A DNA stretch of 58,485 bases, the filler included, from Basidioascus undulatus (lineage: Eukaryota), in NCBI GenBank assembly GCA_000826855.1. It is 6 parts of 6 records of this genome, joined end to end, with 100 filler letters (N's around TTAATTAATTAA, not from the genome) between each part and the next. Parts side by side here need not be neighbours in the genome. Positions count along the whole stretch, not along the records: positions 48,832 to 58,485 come from JTLS01001228.1; 5 more parts are not named here. One strand, given 5' to 3'. The position numbers and the translations under genes were made by a program. Under the pieces are notes generated by a model. It did not search any database. It saw only the letters and a program-made list of their open reading frames with translations, and was not told the DNA's origin. Below, piece by piece: positions 49,838 to 58,485 of this stretch. Each line of letters opens with the position of its first letter. Positions within the stretch are counted from its first letter, which is position 1.

Positions 49838-52800
49838 ATGTCCGCCGCGTCCCCGGACCCTTCCACGCCCTCTTCGACCTCGGGCGCAGGCGCGGGCGGC
49901 GTGCGCCCCGCTGGCCTGGGGCTCGGCGTCTTCAAGGACTTTAATGCCGAGAGCTATGCGGCGCGGCTTGTGGACCCGGACTTGCGTGCGTCGGCGCGTC
50001 AGCGAAAGGAGGGCGAGGCGCGGCGCGTGAGCTGATGAAGGGGTGGGCCGGGGCGCGGGCAACAGCCGTCAAGGACAAGGTGTCCATCGCGATCGATCTA
50101 AGGGATAGCATGGACCAGATGTCCCAGCACGCGGACTATCCTCGATATCTCGCGACCCTCGTCCCTGCATTCCTCCAGGTCCTGCAGGACGGGCAGCCGA
50201 GCTTTCAGGCGGGCAGTGTCGATCAGGTGCGCGTCTTCTCTGACCTCCCGCTACCTCCTTTTTCCACTCTGTTATGAGATGTCTAATGATGGGAACGCGT
50301 ACTCCTGGTGAAGCGTTTCCGGCACACCCTCCTCACCCTCCTCCACCGCTTCCCGCCCAACCCCTCCCTCGGCCCCAAGGTCCCCCAGCTGTTCGAGCGC
50401 CTCCTCCACATCCTCAAGACGGACAACGAGGACAACGGCTACCTCTGTGTAAAGATCATCATTGACCTTGGTGCGCCTGTCCCATCTTCTCCCTCCCGGC
50501 AGCACGCTGACAGTTGAGTACGCGCGCAGTCCGCAGCTTTAAGAAGGAGAGCGAGAGCTCCGCGAAGCAGTTTCTCGAGTGCGTCAAGGAGATGCTCGAG
50601 GGCATGGAGGCCGTCGTCGCAGAGTGCTTCCCCGAGGATGGCGGCGGGCTGGGCGGAGAGGGCGACAAGGGGAAGGGTGCTGTGCGTGTCGCTTCCATTC
50701 CCCTTCATCCCATCCACACCATCACTCCTCCGTCACCACCCCGCATCATCGTTCAACCTGACTGGACTTGACTCACGCATCGTCCGCTCGCAGCAATCCG
50801 CCCTCAACCAGCTCCCCCAGGGCAAACTCCAGCCCGCGTACCGCTCGTTCAAGGTCGTGATCGAGTGTCCGATCGCGATCGTATGCATCATCCAGTCGTA
50901 CCAGAACCTCTCGACATATATGCTCGAGACATTCGTCCCGCTCGCAGTCAAGGTGCGCGCTTTCCTTTTACGCGTCGGCTGCCTGTAGCGGCTGAGGATC
51001 GGTGTCTGGGGGATACAGGCGATCTCCCTCCAAGCTGGACCGCAGCGCAAGGCGCACGAGGAGGCCTGCGCAAAGGGCGAGATAAATGTCGCCATCTCGC
51101 CTGCGATCAAGAACCGTACGCTGTTCGGTGAGCTGGTCTTCGCGCAGGTCAAGGTGCGTCTTCCCTCCATTCCTTCTACCCCCTGCGCCTGCTAACAACC
51201 CCCCTTCTCTGTCTCATCGCCCAGACCGTCTCCTTCATCGCCTACGTCTGCCGCAGCTGGCACCAGCACCTCGTCCCCTACGCGCCGCAGCTCGCTGAGG
51301 CGTGCGTGCGTCTTCTCAAGGACTGTCCCGCCGAGCTCTCCTCCGCGCGCAAGGAGATCATCGTAGCGACGCGGCATATTGCCGGCGTCCCGGACATCGC
51401 GCGCCCGGCGTTCGCGGGCGTGTATGACGATCTGCTGGACGAGCGGGTGCTCGTCGGGAAGGGGATCATGACGCGGGAGTCGCTTCGGTGAGTGCTTATT
51501 TCAGTGGAGGGGTGTGGTCGGAAGAAGGAAGGCTGAATGGTGGTTTGGGTCGCGTCAGGATCCTCGCCCTCGGCCTCCTCACGGACGTCTTCTCAACCGT
51601 TCGAAGCGACATGAACTTCCCGCAGATCAAGCGCTCGCTCGACGTCTTCCTCACGCACATGCACGACGCGACGCTCCCCGGCCATGCGCACACGCTCTCG
51701 GTCAAGGTTATCGTCGGCCTGCTCGAGAAGCTCGTCCAGAAGAGCCCGGATCAGGACGAGACGGCGCGCCAGCTGCACCGCATCGTCGACGCGCTCGTCG
51801 CGAAGCTTGCGAGCGTCAGTCAGTGCAAGGACGACCTTGTGCGAATGGAGCTCTTGCCTGCGCCGAGGCGTGCGCCGCAGGGCGAGAAGGACAAGGAGAA
51901 GGGGAAGGGGAAGGAGAGGGCCGCGCTTGCGCCCGGGGAGGAGAGGAGAAAGAGCGCGGACGGAGATGTGGAGATGGCTGAGGCGAGGAAGGACAAGGAG
52001 GACAAGGAGGACAAGGAGGAGAAGAAGGACAAGGCGGAGAAGGAGAAGGTCGAGGAGATGGACGCGATCGCCATCGAGCGCGCCAAGCCCATCGGCGCGG
52101 CCGTGTTCGTCACGGATCCGAGCCTCGAGCGCGTCAAGGGTGCGTGCTGCGGTTTCTTCCTTGTGTTGGCTGAAGGGTGCGATGTGCTGACATCAATTTC
52201 ATGGCCGAGCAGAAGCCCGTGGTCTTTTCCGCTTCGTCCTCCAGGCGCTCCTCTCCGCCATCTCCGCCTTCCGCCATCTCCCTCCCTCGAGCGCGCCGAC
52301 AGGCGAGACAATAGCGGGGCTCTTCGAGTACGCCGTGCAGTCATTCGGGGTGTACGACCGGCGCGGGGACAAGGAGGGCGCGGAGGCGCTCGAGATCTTC
52401 TTCACGATCCTCCTCCGCGTCGACCCGCTCGTGTTCCAGGAGGTGTTCAAGCGCAAGATGCCGTTCCTCATCGACGAGATCCTCGCGCACCCGCCACTTT
52501 TCAACGCCATCACGTACTTCCTCAGCCACGAGCCGCAGACACAGACGTTCCTCGCCATCCTCCTCCGCTTCTTCGTCGACCACCTCGAGGTCCTTGGCGG
52601 CGCGGACCAGGAGCGCATCACGCTCTTCCACAAGCTCTTCCGGCACATCATGGGCGCGATCCAGAGCCCGGCGAACGAGCCCATCTTCCGCGGGCACACG
52701 GGCACGCTCCTCCTCCAGAGCCTCAAGCTCGCGCACAAGGCCGAGAACCCGATAAACTACTACTACCTCCTCCGCACGCTCTCGTCCGCGATCGGCGGCG

Positions 52801-55800
52801 GCCGCTTCGAGTCGTTCTACGCCGAGGTCCAGCCCCTGCTGCAGACGTACATCGACGGCCTGACGACGCTCCTCGACGAGAGCGACCGCCCCGCGCGCGA
52901 CCTCATCCTCCAGCTGCTCCTCATCATTCCCGTTCGCATCCAGCTCGTCCTCCCCTTCCTCGGCAACCTCATCCGCCCGCTCTGCATGGCGCTCGACGAC
53001 TCGCCGCCGGACGTCGTCGAGCAGGGCCTTCGCCTCATCGAGATCTGCGTCGACACCCTCAACCCCGTCTACGTCGACCCCGTCTTCGCGCCCTACATCC
53101 GCGACATCCAGCAGGGGCTCTACAAGCTCCTCAAGCCCGTACCGTACCCGCACAAGCTCGCGCACCACGCCGTGCGCATCCTCGGCAAGCTCGGCGGCCG
53201 CAACAGGAAGGCGCTCACGATCCCCGCCAAGGTCGAAACGCGGCCTGTCGCCGAGGCCGCGGTCCTACCCGTCAACTTCAGCGGGCGGAAGCAGTCGATC
53301 AGCTTCGTCCCTATCGTCGACCTCGCCGTCAAGGTGCTCACCAAGAGCGAGCGGGTGGACGCCAAGGAGAAGGAGCGCGCGCTCGAGGTCCTCAAGCATA
53401 CCGTCGCGCCGTTCGTGCTCAAGGTCAGTGGCTATGGGGCGGTCTCTGGATGTAGAGCAGCTGCTGATTGGGATGCTTTGGTTCAATGATGCAGGGCGTG
53501 CAGGAGATCGAGCAAGAGTCGACGTACGAGAAGGCGCTCCGCGCGCTGTTCGCCGCCACGCAGATTGAGCCGCTCAAGGAGGACGCGACGGCGTTCGTGC
53601 GCGACCTCGTGCGCCAAGTGCTCATCGCCGAGCTGCGCATGCCTCCCGCGCCGCCTGACTCGCGTTCGGGCCTCATCGCGCTCACGCCCCTCGCGTCCGT
53701 CACGCTTGACGTCCTCACGCAGTCGCTCACGACAGGCGTGAATGTGAACGCCTCCGAGGCGCGCGCTATCGTCGCGGACGCGATGAAGGACCTCATCCGC
53801 GCGTCCAAGGACGAGGAGAGTGGCATCACGGCCGAGGCGCTCACGCACATGCTCAACCAGCTCGCGTCCCGCTTCTCGAGCCTCTGCCACGACCCACTCT
53901 GGCGCCGCAAGACAGCCGGCTTGACGGGCATCGACATCATGACGTCCGAGCTGGACGTCGGCGAGCGCTGGGTCCTTGAGCACGAGATCGAGTTCGTCAA
54001 GGCCGCGTTCTTCATGCTCAAGGACATGCCCGCCGAGGCGCCCCGCAACGTCGACGACGTCACGGGAATCATCGCGCGCTTGATCGAGCGCTGCAACGGC
54101 CCGATGGAGCCTGCGCAGGACGCGTCGGCGTCCGGGACAGCCTCCGCGGACGCGACGCCCGCGCCGAAGACCGAGGGCGAGTCGAGGCAGGAGACGCCGA
54201 CGGCGATGCCGAACAACAACAAGCTGGAGCAGCAGCAGCTCGCCGAAGGCTCGCCGCGCTACTTCTTCAACCACCTCGTTCCGATTCTCATGAACGAGCT
54301 TGTCTCGGCCAAGCCGCTCGTCCGCCAGACGACGCAGAAGTCGCTGCGCCTCCTCGCTGACCGCACGGGCATGGAAGTCGCCGACATCCTCGCGCCCGGA
54401 CGCGTCGCGCTCGCGACCTCGATTTTCAATAAGCCGCTGCGCGCCCTGCCCGTGCCGATGCAGACGGCGCGCATCGAGGCCGTGACGTACTGTCTCCTGC
54501 TTCGCCCGCCCGAGGCAGACGCCAGCGCGGGCAAGGCCCCGCCCGTCCTCGAGGTCAACGACGACTTGACGCGCTTCGTGCACGAGGTACTCGGCATCTC
54601 GGACGCCGAGGACGTCGCCATCGTCGGCCAGCGCCCGCCCCACAAGGTCACGATCGCGCTCGGCGAGCTCCGCGTCGCGTGCGTCAAGCTCCTCACGGCT
54701 GCGACTGCGTCGTCCGACATCTTCCAGAAGCACAACCAGGCGCGGATGCGGTGAGTTGATTACCCTTGGTATCGGGGTCCTCTTGGCAGGAATCGGTTGC
54801 TCATCGACATGAGGACGTAGGATCATCTCGGTCTACTTCAAGTCGCTCTACGCGCGCAGCCCCGAGCTTCACAGCGTCGCGCACGACGGCATCAAGCAGG
54901 TCCTCGTCCAGTCGGGCAAGGTCCCCAAGGAGCTCCTCCAGACCGCGCTCAAGCCGATCCTGATCAACCTCTCGGACACCCGCCGCATCAACATCCCGGG
55001 CCTCGACGGCCTCGCGCGCCTGCTCGAGCTTCTCACCAACTACTTCAAGGTCGAGATCGGGACCAAGCTGCTCGAGCACTTCAAGGGCATTCTCGAGGAC
55101 AAGGACCTTAAGACTGCGCCCGTAGCAGGCGAGCTCACCGACATGCACGAGGTCAAGATCATGGTCGCCGTCGCGAACGTCTTCCGCCTTCTTCCCGCCG
55201 CGGCCAACATCTACCTTCAGCACTTCTCGGACCTCATCGTCGAAACCGAGGCGCGCTTCCGCCGCTCGCTCGGCAGCCCCTGGACGACCCCGCTCGCGCA
55301 GTATCTCAGCCGCTTCCCGGGCGAAGCGAACGAGTTCTTCTTCAGTACGCTTTGCGTTCTTTATGTCCACTTTGGAGTCCGGCTGACAGTATTTGTTTAC
55401 AGAGCGCATCAACTCGCTCCCCTACTTCCACACCTACCGCGCCGCCCTCCTCTCTGAGCACGCCGGCCCCCTACGCGACGACGTCTTCGCCAACCCGGAA
55501 CGCATCGTTTCGTCGTTCTTCGCGCCCGAGGCCGCCGCCGCAGGCTTCGTCGTGCCCGGACTGCGCCTCGTCCGCGCGCTGCTGGACGACCACCCGTCGC
55601 TGCTCGCGAACGGAGAGACCGGCGGCGAGGAGGGCAACGTCATCTGGGAAGCGCTCTTCGGGCTATGGTCCAAGTACGTGCGCAGCGACCGCGGCGAGCT
55701 CGACGAGCCGGTCTTTACCGCGCACGCGACCGAGATCGAGCTCCTGCTGGACGTGCTCATCACGCATCTCAAGACGCACCCGGACGCGGGCATGCTCATC

Positions 55801-58485
55801 TACATCGCCGAGATCTACGCGCTCAAGATCTCGATCGACCTCGTCCCACTCACGCGCTTCTTCGTCGCCGTCGCGGCCAAGTCGCGCTCGCTCGAGTTCC
55901 GTCGCGAGATCCTGCACCAGTTCGCTGTCAAGCTCGACGACTCGAGCCTCAGCCAGGCGCACCTCGCCGCCGTCGTGAGGCACCTCGTCAACCCCATCGT
56001 GCTCGTCAACCGCTCCCGCGTCCGCCGCGGCGAGGAGGCGCAGGTCGTCGACCAGTCCTACGTCTCCCAGCTGCACACGCGGGCGTGGCGCGTGTCCGAC
56101 AGCAGCCAGTTCACAGAGTCCCTCTTCATCGAGTTGCTGAACCACAGGTAAGCTGTGGATGATACAGTCTTCTTCCTCGGCGCAGTACACTGAATATATC
56201 CGGTCGGCGCAGCGCGAACTTGGCCGAGTCCACGCCGGAGCAGCTCGAGATCGGAAACGTGAAGAAGGAGCTCATCAAGTTCGGCTGGTACGCCTGAAGC
56301 TGCCGGAATGCGCCCAAAACTTGTTTCTTACTTTCCGCGATCCTGCAGGCTGAGTCACAAGCACGCTGACATGGCTGTTCGGCACGCCGGTGAGTCGCAA
56401 TAGTTCGTGCCTTTTGGTGGTCCATCGCAACGCTCTGACTCGCTCGCCTTCCAGGCAACATCCTCATCTGTCGCTTCATCACTGCGTTCGACTCGCCGTC
56501 CAAGATCACGCTCCAGGTCCTCGTAGGCCTGCTTCGCGGTCAGCAGCCCGAGAGCAAGGCCATGGTCAAGGAAGCGCTCGACATCCTCACGCCCGTCCTG
56601 CCCGTACGCGTGCCCGAGAAGGCGCCGCCGCCCTACAGCCACTTCCCGCAGTGGGCGATCTGGATCCGCCGCGTCCTGGTTGAGGAGGTCCAGAGCGTCG
56701 CGCAGCTCAGCGGCATCTACACGCTCCTCATCCGCCACGCCGATCTCTTCTACCCCATCCGCGAGCTCTTCGTCCCGCACATGCTCAACTCGATCACGCG
56801 CATGGGCATCGTGCCCTCGGCCGCGTTGGAGACGCGCCAGCTCTCGATGGACGTGCTGGAGCTCATCCTCCGGTGGGAACGTCAGCGCCTCGGCTTACCG
56901 CCCTCGGGGACCGCCGAAAGCGCCGACGTAGCTGCGTCCGCTCAATCCCCTTCGGTTCCGGCGAAGCGATCCTTGGACGGCGAGGAGCCTTCGCCGAAAC
57001 GAGCGCGCGCGGACCGCGGGGGCGCCGCCGTCACCCCGTCCCGCGGGTACGCGTTGCCTCCCTCGCTGCGCGGCCACATCGTCGGATACCTCGTTCGCTT
57101 CGCGTCGGTCAGTCCTGAGTCGATCTCCGCGCCTCGCACGCTGCCGGCGCGTGCGGTCGAGCTGCTGAAGGGCTTCCTCGCGATCGACGGCGCAAGCGAC
57201 GTCACGGCCAAGCTTGCATTCTTCCACAAGACGCTGGGTCAGGTACGCAGTCTTCTTTTCATCGCTCTGAATCGGTGACTTACAAGTGTCTACACTTGCA
57301 GCTTGAGCTCAAGGAAGAGCACCTCACGGCGCACTGCAACTCCGCCGAGGTCCTCGGCGTCCTCGCGCTACCGGAGCAGGACGCTTGGTTCATTTCCAAC
57401 CTCGCCGGCCTGCACAAGATCGTCGAGAAGGGCCTCACGTCCGACTTCCCCCGGTTGCATCGCAGCCTCGAGCCCGTCCTGGAGCGCATGTTCGCTGTCT
57501 TGCCGCCGATGGCCGACGACGACGAGGACGCGAGCATGGCGGACATCCGCGCCTTCGTCAGCTTCGCCGAGTCCCTTATCAACGACGGGCTCGGCGGCAC
57601 GCGCAACCTGCACGCGGCAATGCTTCTGCTCCGCGCGTGGTCCAAGTCGTCGCCGGAGCGGATCGACGGGTTCGTCGGGCTCCTGATGCGCACGCTGCAG
57701 CTGCTCTGTCGCGAGCACCTCGTGCCGGACAAGAAGCCGAGCGAGTTCGGCGTACAGCTCACGATCATGGCGCTCGACCTCGCTCGTCGCCGCATCTCGC
57801 ATCTCGGCGAGGCGCGCCGCGTCTTCCTCAGCTGCATTGTCCAGCTCGTCGAGCGGTCGGTCAGCGCCGAGCTCTGCCGCTTCCTGCTCAACATGGTCCG
57901 CGACTGGATCCGCGGCAAGACCGAGGCGTTCCCGACCCCGCGCGAGAAGGCGGGCTTGCTCATCAAGATGCAGACGTTAGAGACGCGCAGCTTCGACGTC
58001 AAGGGGCTCGAGCCCGGCTCCGCTCCCGCCGTCGCCGCCGCGCTCGGTCTCGCGCAGTCGCTGACGCAGGACTTCCTCGACCTCATCCTCGACATCTACA
58101 CCGACCCAGCGTTCGCCCGCAGCGAGCTCACTGTCCGGCTCGAGCAAGCGTTCCTTCTCGGCTGCCGCAACCGCAATGCGGCGACCCGCGCGCGCTTCAT
58201 CGAGATCTTCGACCAGAGCATGTCGACGTCTCTACCGTTGCGCATGCAGTACGTCCTCGGCATCCAGCACTGGGACTCGCTCGCGGACGTATACTGGCTG
58301 CACCAAGCGCTCGATCTCGTGCTCGGCGGCGTTGTGGGAGACGAGCCGCTAGTTCCCCGCGAGCCGCACGAGCCGGACACGCCCAAGAGCGAGTTCGTCG
58401 AGACGCTTCGGAACTACAAGGTCGACGGCATCACCAAGATCACCGAGTTGATCCTTTCAAGTTTGATGTCCCGTTTGAGCATGTG
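49838..58485 (+). CDS. TRA1: Tra1/TRRAP (SAGA/NuA4 PIKK-family subunit), N-terminal HEAT region; 3' end beyond the window
   Basis: LKTDNEDNGYLCVKIIIDL, SFKVVIECPIAIV, AQVKTVSFIAY, LLKDCPAELSSARKEIIVATRHI, NYYYLLRTL..IGGGRFESFYAEV, QGLRLIEICVD, VRILGKLGGRNR, IFNKPLRALP, LLELLTNYFKVEIGTKLLEH, FPTPREKAGLL, SELTVRLEQAFLLG. Many canonical introns. Confidence 0.97.

Noticed and set aside
51488..58386. Long alternative-frame and antisense ORFs within TRA1 (e.g. 53483-54826 -, 52341-53168 -, distal part of 51488-53455 +)
   Set aside because: Expected from extreme GC3 bias; the spliced Tra1 frame explains the region.

Overview
Intron-rich, high-GC fungal genomic DNA. The short GT-AG introns with GTGCGT/GTGAGT donors and CTRAC branch sites, together with the gene content, suggest a basidiomycete, probably a Microbotryomycetes/Rhodotorula-like yeast (inference). 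The window is not one locus. It is six contigs (9674, 9671, 9667, 9662, 9657 and 9654 bp, strictly decreasing) joined by artificial 100-nt spacers (N44-TTAATTAATTAA-N44), so only neighbourhoods within a contig are meaningful. Core genes that look intact, several cut by contig ends: Srk1/Rck2-type kinase, CENP-B-type HTH protein, eIF1A, a mitochondrial carrier, Vps52, a DUF1989 protein, Dus3, an F-box-like protein, a zinc-finger protein, PHAF1/UPF0183 and Tra1. A ComA/HSA32-family gene is intact except for one GA splice donor. About ten accessory genes are disrupted: a P450, three transporters, an alpha/beta hydrolase, two F-box/LRR genes, a DUF4470-type gene, a secreted TNT-domain NADase and one cullin-repeat duplicate. 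This points to function-biased gene decay. The most notable observations are a stand-alone 151-aa mini-cullin with a decayed tandem copy, a TNT NADase broken by a single amber codon, a 2-nt micro-exon, a GA-AG intron, and two pseudogenes joined back-to-back, probably by a deletion. All family calls come from motif recognition by eye; no searches were run.
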